A DNA stretch of 64,000 nt from Nitrosopumilus sp. (GTDB lineage Archaea; Thermoproteota; Nitrososphaeria; Nitrososphaerales; Nitrosopumilaceae), in the NCBI GenBank assembly GCA_965205215.1, contig OZ242041.1, forward strand, positions 1,184,001-1,248,000, read 5' to 3'. This document shows, one piece after another, positions 29,612-39,140 of the stretch. The translations under genes were made by a program, and so were the position numbers. Numbering within the stretch: the first letter of the stretch is position 1; every line of letters starts with the position of its first letter. The notes under the pieces are model-generated. The model saw only the letters and a program-made list of their open reading frames with translations, had not been told where the DNA came from and did not search any database.

Positions 29612-32600
29612 TTGGCTGTAGTGCCGCTCATTGCGGTCGCGGCGGCCGGCTCTGCGCCGTACGGGGGGACGGATCTGCCTGCGACGGGCGAGGCGTACCC
29701 CGGGACGGGGCTGCCGGGTGCCGCCGGCGCCTGGCCGGAGCCGGGACCGGCTGCACCGGCAGGCCTGCTGGGCCATGCCCATGCCGAACCGTCCCAGCCC
29801 GTGACTGGCAGGCTGGTTCCGGTGTCATCCGTCTGGGACGGCGCCGACGGCTTTACGGCGCTTGACGGCCCGCGCAGCGCGGCCGCCTTCCAGATAGGCC
29901 GGGGCACGTACGTGGCAGTAGCCTCGCAGGGGGACGGGATACAGATAATCGACGTCACCGATCCGGCCAACCCGGCGGCGGCCGCGTCCTTCATGGACAG
30001 CAGCATCCGCGAGCTGGCCGGCGCGCGCGCCATAGAGGCATTCGAGACCGGCGGCAGGACGTACGCCATCGTCGCGGGGTTCTCCGACGACGGCGTCCAG
30101 ATAGTCGATGTCAGCGACCCGCGCCGGCCGGTTGCGGCGGGGCACATCGGCGCCGCCGATCTGCGGGAGTTTGACGGCCCGTCCGACGTCGCAGTCTTCA
30201 GGGCCGGCGGCGGCCTCTACGCCGCCGTTACGACGTCGCAGAGCAACACAGTCCAGATCATCGACATCGCCGACCCGCTCAACCCCGCCCCGGCGGGGCG
30301 CGTGCAGGACGACCAGCACCTGGAGCTTAACGGGGCGTCGGGCGTCGACACGTTTGAGACGGGAGGCGGCGTGTATGCAATCGCCGTAGGATACCGGGAC
30401 AACGGCGTGCAGATAGTCAACGTCACCGACCCCCATGCCCCGGCCGCGGCGGGCTCGCTGGCGGACAGCGCCAGCCTGGAGCTGCACCACGCCTTTGACG
30501 TTGAAACGTTCGAGTCCGGAGGCGACGTGTACGCGGCCGTGGCGGGGTACGAAGACTACGGCATACAGGTCATCAACGTCACCGACCCGCTCAACCCCGC
30601 CCCGGCGGGGCGCGTCACCACCAGGGCGGGCGGGGGCGAGTTCAGCCGCGTGGTCCAGATTGATCTCTTTGAGGCCGGCGGCGCCACGTACGCGGTCGCC
30701 CCGGCGTACCAGTTTGGCAGCATACACCTGGTGGATCTTGCCGACCCGCACAACCCCGCCGACCTGGCGCACATCCGGCCTTCCGGGTACTCCACCGGGT
30801 ACGGCATCGAGGTCTTTGAGGCCGGCGGCGGCCTGTACGCAATCTACACGGAACTCACCTCGGACAACGCGCACATCCTGCGCATCTCCCTGTCCGTCGA
30901 CCGGCCGCCCCGGCTCGTCCCCAACCCGCCGCTGCCGGCGTCAATCCAGGCCGGCTCGGCCTACGAGGACGCCGGGGCCGCCTGCGTCGACGAGGTGGAC
31001 GGGGACCTTACCGGCCAGATACGCGCCACCTCGACGGTCGACCCGGCCCTGCCGGGCGACTACACCGTCACCTACGCTTGCGCCGACTCGGCGGGCAACG
31101 AGGCCGTAGCCACCCGGACCGTGACCGTGACAGGCCCCGTCCCGGCCACGCCCCCCGCCGGCGCCCCGGCCATCACCGTAGTCGGCGCCAACCCCGCCGA
31201 GGTGGCCGTCGGGGGCGCATACGCCGACGCGGGCGCCACGTGTGCCGACGAGGCCGACGGGGACCTGACCGGCTCCATCAGAACCACGTCATACGTCAAC
31301 GTCCATGCCCACGGCAACTACACCGTCACCTATTCGTGCGCCGACTCGGCGGGCAACGAGGCCGTAGCCACCCGGACGGTGTCCGTGATCGACGCGGACG
31401 CCCCGCGCATAGCCCTGCTCGGCAACTCCGCGGTCAGGATGTACGCCGGGGACGCCTACGCCGACGCGGGGGCTACCTGCATCGACAGGGTGGAGGGCGA
31501 CCTCTCAGACTATGTTGCGGCCGCCGGCAACGTGGACACCGCCGCCGCCGGGCGGTACGCGGTAACATACACCTGCGCCGACTCGGCGGGCAACGAGGCC
31601 GCCGCGACCCGGACGGTGCTCGTGCTCGATCCCACCTACCTTATCGCCGACGGGGTGGGAGGCTATACCGAGCTGGAAGGCGCAAGCGGCGTGGCCGTCT
31701 TTGAGAGGGGCGGCAGCACCTACGCGATAGTCGCCGCGGCCGTCGACGACGGCGTCCAGGTGATAGACGTCACAGACCCGAACCGGCCCGCGGCGGCCGG
31801 CAGCATCCCGGACGGCCCCGAACTGGAGCTTGACGGCGCCTCCGGCGTGGCCGTCTTTGAGAGGGGCGGCAGCACCTACGCGATAGTCGCCGCGTACGGC
31901 GACGACGGCGTCCAGGTGATAAACGTCACAGACCCGAACCGGCCCGCGGCGGCCGGCAGCATCTCGGACGGCCCCGAACTGGAGCTTGACGGCGCCTCCG
32001 GCGTGGCCGTCTTTGAGAGGGGCGGCGACACCTACGCGATAGTCGCCGCGGCCGTCGACGACGGCGTCCAGGTGATAGACGTCACAGACCCGAACCGGCC
32101 CGCGGCGGCCGGCAGCATCCCGGACGGCCCCGAACTGGAGCTTGACGGCGCCTCCGGCGTGGCCGTCTTTGAGAGGGGCGGCAGCACCTACGCGATAGTC
32201 GCCGCGTACGGCGACGACGGCGTCCAGGTGATAGACGTCACAGACCCGAACCGGCCCGCGGCGGCCGGCAGCATCTCGGAGAGCCGCCACCACCACCTCT
32301 ATCATCCGACAGACGTGGCCGTCTTTGAGAGGGGCGGCAGCACCTACGCGATCGTCGCGGCTTACTACGACGACGGCGTCCAGGTGATAAACGTCACCGA
32401 TCCCTACAACCCGGCCGCCGCCGGTAAGCAGGGATACGACGACAGCAGCCTTGACGGCCTGTCCGGCGTCACCGCCTTTGAGGACGGCGGCCGGACCTAC
32501 GCGATCATCACGCAGACCCTGCGCGACGGCATCCGGATAGTGGACGTCACCAACCCGTCAGGGCCGGTCCTCCGGAATGTCATCTACGACAACGAGATTC

Positions 32601-35600
32601 TCAGGCTCAACGGCGCCAGCGACGCGGCCACCTTCAGGGCGGGCGGCAGCACCTACGCGATAGTCGCGGCCAGCTATGATGACGGGGCCCAGATCATACC
32701 CGTGGCCGTGACTGCCGCGGCGCGGGCGCCGCCGACCATTGCACTCAACGGGGCCTCGCCCGACAGGATAGAGGCCGGCTCGGCCTACGCCGACGCCGGC
32801 GCCTCCTGCACCGACGATATCGACGGCGACCTCACCGACCTGGTGCAGGCCATATCAGACGTCAATGCCGCCGTCCCCGGCAACTATACGGTCACCTATT
32901 CGTGCTCCGACTCGGTAGGCAGCACGGCGACGGCCGTCCGGGAGGTTGTGGTGGAGGACACCCGGCCGCCCACCCTCCTGTCGGCCGCCTACGTCATATA
33001 TGACGGCACCCTCCAGATGAACTTCAGCGAGCCGCTCAGCCCGGCGGTCCACTGGGATCGCCTGCACGTCCGCGATACGGGAGGGTCGTCCGGCGGCGTC
33101 ACCCTGGATGGCGCCCCCGGGTCGGTCCACGGCGCCACGCTGACAGCGACGCTTTCGGCCTCCCAGATGGGCGCCGTCGGCAACCTGACTGCGCCGCAGC
33201 TTGACATCGGCCGGGGCGCCGTCGCCGACCTGTATGGGAACGGCATCGCCGCGGCGCCCGACAGGGCCATTGCACTGCACGATCGCAACCTGCCCCCGAC
33301 CGTCGAGGCCGGCCCCGACCAGACCGTCTACGGGGGGCAGGACGCCGCCCTGAACGGTACGGCCTCGGACCCCGACGGCGATTCGATGACCTACCTGTGG
33401 ACCCACGACCGGCCAGACCTGGGCATAACCCTGGCCGACCCGGCCGCCCCGTCCACCACCTTTGCCGCCCCCCAGGTTGGCTCCAACGCCACCGTCACCT
33501 TTACGCTGGCCGCCACCGATGCCCACAACGCCACCTCCACAGACCGGGTCACCGTCACCGTCGCCCGCCTCAACGGCCTGCCGACCGTCGAGGCCGGCCC
33601 CGACCAGAACGCCTACATGGGACAGGCCGTCGCCCTGACCGGGACTGCCTCGGACCCCGACGGCGATTCGATGACCTACCTGTGGACCCACGACCGGCCC
33701 GACCTGGCGATCACCCTGGCCAACGCCACCTCCACATCTGCCACCCTCACCGCCCACCGGGTCCCCTCGGACACCACCATATCCGTCACGCTGACCGCCC
33801 ACGACGGCGCCGCGTCCTCCTCCGACTCACTGAACGTCACCATACGCTACGTCAACACCACCGTCGTCTGGACGCCGGATCAGGCGCCCGGCCGCTACGG
33901 CATAAGCAGGATTGCCCTGACCGGCACCACGCCCGGAACCATCCAGGCCACCTGGGACGAGCCCACCCGGGAGCCCTTCAAATACCGGATATCCTGGGCC
34001 AAGGTGGACGAGCCCTACAGGAGCTATACGGCCCCGTCGGGCAACGCCTTCCCCACCACCACATCCCACACGATTACCGGCCTGGAGGAGGGGCATACCT
34101 ACAAGGTGAATATGCGCGCCGACTACAACGGCTACGCCGGACCCTGGAGCGGCGACATCATCGTGGCCGTCGCGGGATCCGCCGCCAACAGCCCCCCGAC
34201 CGTCGAGGCCGGCCCCGACCAGACCGTGACCGGGGGGCAGAACGCCACCCTGGCCGGGACCGCCTCTGACCCGGACGGCGATTCTATGACCTACCTGTGG
34301 ACCCACGACCGGCCAGGCCTGGGCATAACCCTGGCCGACCCGGCCGCCCCGTACACCACCTTTGCCGCCCCCCAGGTTGCCTCCAACGCCACCGTCACCT
34401 TCACGCTGGCCGCCACCGATGCCCACAACGCCACCGCCTCGGACACGACCACCGTCACCATAATGCCCGGGACACCTGAGCCTGTCGAGGCGCACGTGAT
34501 CAAGGCGCCCGACGCGCCCCAAAACCTCAGGGCCACCCCCGCCCACGACTCGGTGATCCTGGCCTGGGATCCGCCGGATGACGACTCGATCACCGGGTAC
34601 AGGGTCCTCTCGACAAGCCCGGCAAACCAGTCCCGCATGTCCGTGCTTGTGGCCCAGACCAACGGCACCGAGGCCTCCTATACCGTCACGGATCTCCGGC
34701 CGTCCACCGCCTACGTCTTCGGCGTGGCGGCCGTCAACGAGCACGGCGAGTCCGGCCCCTCCGAGCCTGTCATCGTCTACACCGCCGCGCCCGCACACAC
34801 CCACTTTGTCACCACCTGGGGGACGGCCGGGGCCAACGAGAGCATAACGATTCCGGTGGGCGGAGTCGCCGGCACATACACGGTCGACTGGGGCGACGGG
34901 ACCGTCTCGGCCAACGTCACGGGGAACCAGGTGCACGCGTACGGCACCCCCGGAACCCATACGGTCAGGATATACGGCGATTTTACCAGGATACACCTCA
35001 ACGAACTTTACCCCAACGTTGGCAAGCTGCAGTCGATAGAGCAGTGGGGCGACATCAGATGGGAGTCGATGAGCGGCGCGTTCGAGGGGGCGTCCAACAT
35101 GGTCTATCGCGCGACCGATGCCCCCGACCTCTCCGGCGTTACCGACACGTCCTGGATGTTCCGCGGCGCCACCTCCTTCGACGGCGACCTCTCCGCCTGG
35201 GACGTCTCCTCGGTGACCAACATGTACTATATGTTCCACGGCGCCACCTCCTTCAACGGCAACGTATCGACCTGGGACGTCTCCTCGGTGACCGACGCGG
35301 CCCACATGTTCTCCAGAGCCCACTCCTTCAACGCCGACATATCGGCCTGGAACGTCTCCTCGGTGACCGACATGCACGGCATGTTCTCCCAGGCCACCTC
35401 CTTCAACGGCGACATATCGGCCTGGAACGTCTCCTCGGTGACCGACACGCACTCGATGTTCCCCTTCGCCACCTCCTTCAACGGCAACATATCTGCCTGG
35501 GACGTCTCCTCGGTGACCGACATGAGAAACATGTTCTCCTATTCCACCTCCTTCAACGGCGACATATCTGCCTGGGACGTCTCCTCGGTGACCGACATGT

Positions 35601-38600
35601 CCTACATGTTCAACGAAGCCTCCTCCTTTGACGGCGACATATCGGCCTGGGACGTCTCCTCGGTGGCCGACATGTCCAGCATGTTCTCGGACGCCGACCG
35701 CTTCAACGGCAACATATCGGCCTGGGACGTCTCCTCGGTGACCGACATGTACAGGATGCTCGATGGCGCCTCCTCCTTCAACGGCGACATATCGGCCTGG
35801 AACGTCTCCTCGGTGGCCGACATGCGGCAGATGTTCTCCGGAGCCACCTCCTTTGACGGCGACATATCGGCCTGGGACGTCTCCTCGGTGACCGACATGT
35901 CCTACATGTTCTATGGCACCACTTCCTTCAACGGCGACATATCGGCCTGGGACGTCTCCTCGGTGGCCGACATGCGGCAGATGTTCGACGGCGCAGACGC
36001 CTTTGATCAAAACCTGGGAAACTGGTACATGGTGCTTGACGATCTGCAGGTTGACGGCGCCGACGGGTCGGTCGGGGTGATATCCGCACAAAACGCATTC
36101 CTTGCAACCCAGGGGCCGGTGTACGGGATGGGCCCGGGCGGGGACTCGGACTCCTTTGAGATAGTCAACGGCTCCACCCTGAGGCTCAAGGCGCCCCTGG
36201 GTGACAACCCGGCAAGAAGCTCGTATGCGGTGACCGTAACATCCGCCGGCGGCTTCGGCACCGGCAACTCCCGCACGTTCGAGATCGCGGCCGCAGAAGG
36301 CTACAACGCCCCGCCGGTCGTCGAGGCCGGGGCCGACCAGACCGTCCGGGAAGGCGACACGGTGACCCTCTCCGGAACGGCCTCCGATGACGACAGAGAC
36401 GGCACCGACACCCTGACCTACCTGTGGTCCCACGACTCGAGCCTGGACATAGCCTTCGCCAACTCGACGGCGCCCTACACCACCCTTACCGCCCCGGAGG
36501 TCCCCTCCGACACCACCGTCACCATAACGCTGACTGCCGACGACGGCACCCACGCCTCCTCGGACACGCTGGCCCTGACCGTCACCGACACCGCCCCCGT
36601 CTCCGACGCCCTGCAGCCCTCCGCCTTTGTCACCACCTGGCAGACGACCGCCGCCAACGAGCCGATAACCATCCCGGTGGGAGGCGCCGCCGGCACATAC
36701 ACGGTGGACTGGGGAGACGGCACCGTCTCCGCCGATGTAACCGGCGACCAGACCCACACGTACCATGCCGCCGGGACATACACGGTCAGCATATCCGGGG
36801 ACTTTGCAAGAATCCATCTCAACGGGGACGCCAACGCCGCGAAACTGCGGTCCATAGACCAGTGGGGCGCCGCGGAGTGGGAGTCGATGGAGCTTGCGTT
36901 CAAGGGAGCGTCGTCGATGGTGTACCGCGCCACCGACTCGCCCGACCTGTCAGGTGTCACCAGCATGCGCCACATGTTCCACGGCGCCTCCTCCTTTGAC
37001 GGCGACCTCTCCTCCTGGGACGTCTCGTCCGTCACCAACATGATCGGGGCGTTCCGGGACGCGGCCACCTTTGACGGAGACATATCCTCCTGGGACGTCT
37101 CGGGCGCCAACGACATGCGCCGCATGTTCCACGGCGCCTCCTCCTTCAACCAGGACCTCTCCTCCTGGGACGTCTCGGGCGCCATCGCCATGACCGGGAT
37201 GTTCTATGGCGCCTCCTCCTTCAACGGGGACGTATCCTCCTGGGACGTCTCGTCCGTCACCGACACGCGCTACATGTTCCGGGACGCGGCCTCCTTCAAC
37301 CAGGACCTCTCCTCCTGGGACGTCTCGTCCGTCGCCACCATGGTTGACATGTTCTACGGCGCCTCCTCCTTTGACGGCGACATATCCTCCTGGGACGTCT
37401 CGTCCGTCGCCACCATGGCGGGCATGTTCTACGGCGCCTCCTCCTTTGACGGCGACATATCCTCCTGGGACGTCTCGTCCGTCGCCAGCACGGCCGACAT
37501 GTTCCGCGGCGCCTCCTCCTTCAACGGCGACCTCTCCTCCTGGGACGTCTCGGGCGCCACCGACATGGGCGACATGTTCCGCCAGGCAGGCAGCTTTGCC
37601 CGGAACCTGGGCAGCTGGTACATCACCCTGGATGACACCGCCATATCGTCGGCCGGCGAGACCCTGGCCATATCGGCGCAGAACGCCTACTTGGACGGCC
37701 AGAACCCGGACTACTCGGTCGCCGACGCCCGCTTCGCGGTGGCAGGCGGGGCCCTGGCCATCAACCCCGGCCAGGCCCCGCAGCCGGGCTCCTACAACGT
37801 CACCATCGCCTCCGCCGGCGGCTTCGGCACGGGCAACTCCAGGGTGGTGGAGATAACAGTGGACCTGGGGCAGGCCGTCCGCCCCCCCGAGGCGGTCGAG
37901 CCCGCCGCCAACCAGACCGGCCAGGACGACCCGCCGGCCAACCGCCCCCCGGCCGTCCAGGCCGGCCCCGACCTGACCGCCGCCGAGGGCTCCACCGTCA
38001 CCCTGTCCGGAACGGCCTCCGACCCCGACGGCGACGCCCTGTCCTACCTTTGGGCCCACGACTCCCAGACGCCCATCAGCCTAGACGGCCCCGCCACGCT
38101 CTCCCCGTCGTTCACCGCCCCGCAGGTCTCCTCCAACACCACAATCACCATAACGCTGACCGCCACCGACGCCCGCAACGCCACCGCGACCGACTCGCTG
38201 ACGGTCACCGTCACCGACGCCCCGCAGCCCGGTTCCACGCCGCCGGACGCCCCGCAGAACCTCCAGGCCGCCTCCACCACCAACACCACCATAACCCTGA
38301 CCTGGGACCCCGCCGGCGACGACTCGATCACCGGGTACAAGATACTCTCCAGGACGCCCCACACCCAGACCGAGCTCTCCGTACTGGTCGATGACACCGG
38401 CTCGTCGGACGCCTCCTACGTGGCAGAGGGTCTCGACCCCGATACCGTCTACGTCTTCCGCGTGATAGCCGTCAACGAGCACGGCGAGTCGGACCGCTCC
38501 AACTTCGTCAGGCTCTCCACCAACGTCACCGACGCCCCGCAGCCCGACTCAACGCCGCCGGACGCCCCGCAGAACCTCCAGGCCGCCTCCACCACCAACA

Positions 38601-38845
38601 CCACCATAACCCTGACCTGGGACCCCGCCGGCGACGACTCGATCACCGGGTACAAGATACTCTCCAGGACGCCCCACACCCAGACCGAGCTCTCCGTACT
38701 GGTCGATGACACCGGCTCGTCGGACGCCTCCTACGTGGCAGAGGGTCTCGACCCCGATACCGTCTACGTCTTCCGCGTGATAGCCGTCAACGAGCACGGC
38801 GAGTCGGACCGCTCCAACTTCGTCAGGCTCTCCACCCTGCCGTAG
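29612..38845 (+). CDS. giant surface/secreted protein (3077 aa): LVIVD-like beta-propeller repeats, DUF5011 Ig-like, PKD-like, FN3 and two DUF285/BspA-like repeat blocks
   Basis: Hydrophobic N-terminus; GVQIIDVTDP blades; YxDAGAxCxDxxDGDL; AGPDQ..Y.W; W..P...I.GY; 25-aa WDVSSVTDM..MF repeats. Confidence 0.92.
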   Translation: MAVVPLIAVAAAGSAPYGGTDLPATGEAYPGTGLPGAAGAWPEPGPAAPAGLLGHAHAEPSQPVTGRLVPVSSVWDGADGFTALDGPRSAAAFQIGRGTYVAVASQGDGIQIIDVTDPANPAAAASFMDSSIRELAGARAIEAFETGGRTYAIVAGFSDDGVQIVDVSDPRRPVAAGHIGAADLREFDGPSDVAVFRAGGGLYAAVTTSQSNTVQIIDIADPLNPAPAGRVQDDQHLELNGASGVDTFETGGGVYAIAVGYRDNGVQIVNVTDPHAPAAAGSLADSASLELHHAFDVETFESGGDVYAAVAGYEDYGIQVINVTDPLNPAPAGRVTTRAGGGEFSRVVQIDLFEAGGATYAVAPAYQFGSIHLVDLADPHNPADLAHIRPSGYSTGYGIEVFEAGGGLYAIYTELTSDNAHILRISLSVDRPPRLVPNPPLPASIQAGSAYEDAGAACVDEVDGDLTGQIRATSTVDPALPGDYTVTYACADSAGNEAVATRTVTVTGPVPATPPAGAPAITVVGANPAEVAVGGAYADAGATCADEADGDLTGSIRTTSYVNVHAHGNYTVTYSCADSAGNEAVATRTVSVIDADAPRIALLGNSAVRMYAGDAYADAGATCIDRVEGDLSDYVAAAGNVDTAAAGRYAVTYTCADSAGNEAAATRTVLVLDPTYLIADGVGGYTELEGASGVAVFERGGSTYAIVAAAVDDGVQVIDVTDPNRPAAAGSIPDGPELELDGASGVAVFERGGSTYAIVAAYGDDGVQVINVTDPNRPAAAGSISDGPELELDGASGVAVFERGGDTYAIVAAAVDDGVQVIDVTDPNRPAAAGSIPDGPELELDGASGVAVFERGGSTYAIVAAYGDDGVQVIDVTDPNRPAAAGSISESRHHHLYHPTDVAVFERGGSTYAIVAAYYDDGVQVINVTDPYNPAAAGKQGYDDSSLDGLSGVTAFEDGGRTYAIITQTLRDGIRIVDVTNPSGPVLRNVIYDNEILRLNGASDAATFRAGGSTYAIVAASYDDGAQIIPVAVTAAARAPPTIALNGASPDRIEAGSAYADAGASCTDDIDGDLTDLVQAISDVNAAVPGNYTVTYSCSDSVGSTATAVREVVVEDTRPPTLLSAAYVIYDGTLQMNFSEPLSPAVHWDRLHVRDTGGSSGGVTLDGAPGSVHGATLTATLSASQMGAVGNLTAPQLDIGRGAVADLYGNGIAAAPDRAIALHDRNLPPTVEAGPDQTVYGGQDAALNGTASDPDGDSMTYLWTHDRPDLGITLADPAAPSTTFAAPQVGSNATVTFTLAATDAHNATSTDRVTVTVARLNGLPTVEAGPDQNAYMGQAVALTGTASDPDGDSMTYLWTHDRPDLAITLANATSTSATLTAHRVPSDTTISVTLTAHDGAASSSDSLNVTIRYVNTTVVWTPDQAPGRYGISRIALTGTTPGTIQATWDEPTREPFKYRISWAKVDEPYRSYTAPSGNAFPTTTSHTITGLEEGHTYKVNMRADYNGYAGPWSGDIIVAVAGSAANSPPTVEAGPDQTVTGGQNATLAGTASDPDGDSMTYLWTHDRPGLGITLADPAAPYTTFAAPQVASNATVTFTLAATDAHNATASDTTTVTIMPGTPEPVEAHVIKAPDAPQNLRATPAHDSVILAWDPPDDDSITGYRVLSTSPANQSRMSVLVAQTNGTEASYTVTDLRPSTAYVFGVAAVNEHGESGPSEPVIVYTAAPAHTHFVTTWGTAGANESITIPVGGVAGTYTVDWGDGTVSANVTGNQVHAYGTPGTHTVRIYGDFTRIHLNELYPNVGKLQSIEQWGDIRWESMSGAFEGASNMVYRATDAPDLSGVTDTSWMFRGATSFDGDLSAWDVSSVTNMYYMFHGATSFNGNVSTWDVSSVTDAAHMFSRAHSFNADISAWNVSSVTDMHGMFSQATSFNGDISAWNVSSVTDTHSMFPFATSFNGNISAWDVSSVTDMRNMFSYSTSFNGDISAWDVSSVTDMSYMFNEASSFDGDISAWDVSSVADMSSMFSDADRFNGNISAWDVSSVTDMYRMLDGASSFNGDISAWNVSSVADMRQMFSGATSFDGDISAWDVSSVTDMSYMFYGTTSFNGDISAWDVSSVADMRQMFDGADAFDQNLGNWYMVLDDLQVDGADGSVGVISAQNAFLATQGPVYGMGPGGDSDSFEIVNGSTLRLKAPLGDNPARSSYAVTVTSAGGFGTGNSRTFEIAAAEGYNAPPVVEAGADQTVREGDTVTLSGTASDDDRDGTDTLTYLWSHDSSLDIAFANSTAPYTTLTAPEVPSDTTVTITLTADDGTHASSDTLALTVTDTAPVSDALQPSAFVTTWQTTAANEPITIPVGGAAGTYTVDWGDGTVSADVTGDQTHTYHAAGTYTVSISGDFARIHLNGDANAAKLRSIDQWGAAEWESMELAFKGASSMVYRATDSPDLSGVTSMRHMFHGASSFDGDLSSWDVSSVTNMIGAFRDAATFDGDISSWDVSGANDMRRMFHGASSFNQDLSSWDVSGAIAMTGMFYGASSFNGDVSSWDVSSVTDTRYMFRDAASFNQDLSSWDVSSVATMVDMFYGASSFDGDISSWDVSSVATMAGMFYGASSFDGDISSWDVSSVASTADMFRGASSFNGDLSSWDVSGATDMGDMFRQAGSFARNLGSWYITLDDTAISSAGETLAISAQNAYLDGQNPDYSVADARFAVAGGALAINPGQAPQPGSYNVTIASAGGFGTGNSRVVEITVDLGQAVRPPEAVEPAANQTGQDDPPANRPPAVQAGPDLTAAEGSTVTLSGTASDPDGDALSYLWAHDSQTPISLDGPATLSPSFTAPQVSSNTTITITLTATDARNATATDSLTVTVTDAPQPGSTPPDAPQNLQAASTTNTTITLTWDPAGDDSITGYKILSRTPHTQTELSVLVDDTGSSDASYVAEGLDPDTVYVFRVIAVNEHGESDRSNFVRLSTNVTDAPQPDSTPPDAPQNLQAASTTNTTITLTWDPAGDDSITGYKILSRTPHTQTELSVLVDDTGSSDASYVAEGLDPDTVYVFRVIAVNEHGESDRSNFVRLSTLP
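31688..32311 (+). repeat. four near-identical 156-bp tandem propeller-blade repeats (ABAB)
   Basis: GGCGTGGCCGTCTTTGAGAGG recurs at 31688, 31844, 32000 and 32156. Confidence 0.9.
35126..36025 (+). repeat. DUF285 block 1: 12 x 75 bp
   Basis: 25-aa period in translation. Confidence 0.9.
36944..37618 (+). repeat. DUF285 block 2: 9 x 75 bp
   Basis: 25-aa period in translation. Confidence 0.9.
38210..38836 (+). repeat. near-perfect tandem duplication (315-bp period) of the terminal FN3 domain
   Basis: 38210-38521 vs 38525-38836 differ only near the start. Confidence 0.92.
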
Positions 38846-39140
38846 GGGGGTTCTAGCGCGTTAGTGGCGGGCGGCGACGGCGACGGCGGTGGTGGTGGTG
38901 CGCCCGGTGCCGGGATCACTCTGCGGTGGACACGGCAACGCGACGGCAGGAACAAACTGCGGCAGTTAACCGGACGGAATCATAGAGCCTGTTGATTCTT
39001 TCCGGGCAAGTGCGTCGCCGGTGGGGCATGCCTGTATCGCGGCCGGGGTACGCGGACGCGCCGGCCTTGCACATGATGGCCTGCCGCCGGGGCGCGGATG
39101 ACGGCGTCCGGCCGGCGTCCTGAAAAGCGCGGACGCGCGG

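Noticed and set aside
33827-36817. Long antisense ORFs (996 aa here, 714 aa at 47343-49487, 692 aa at 40732-42810)
   Set aside because: Shadows of GC-rich, codon-biased genes on the opposite strand; no motifs of their own.
35126-37618. 75-bp periodic arrays as CRISPR or DGR template/variable repeats
   Set aside because: They are in-frame protein repeats; no cas or reverse transcriptase gene in the window, and variation is not adenine-specific.
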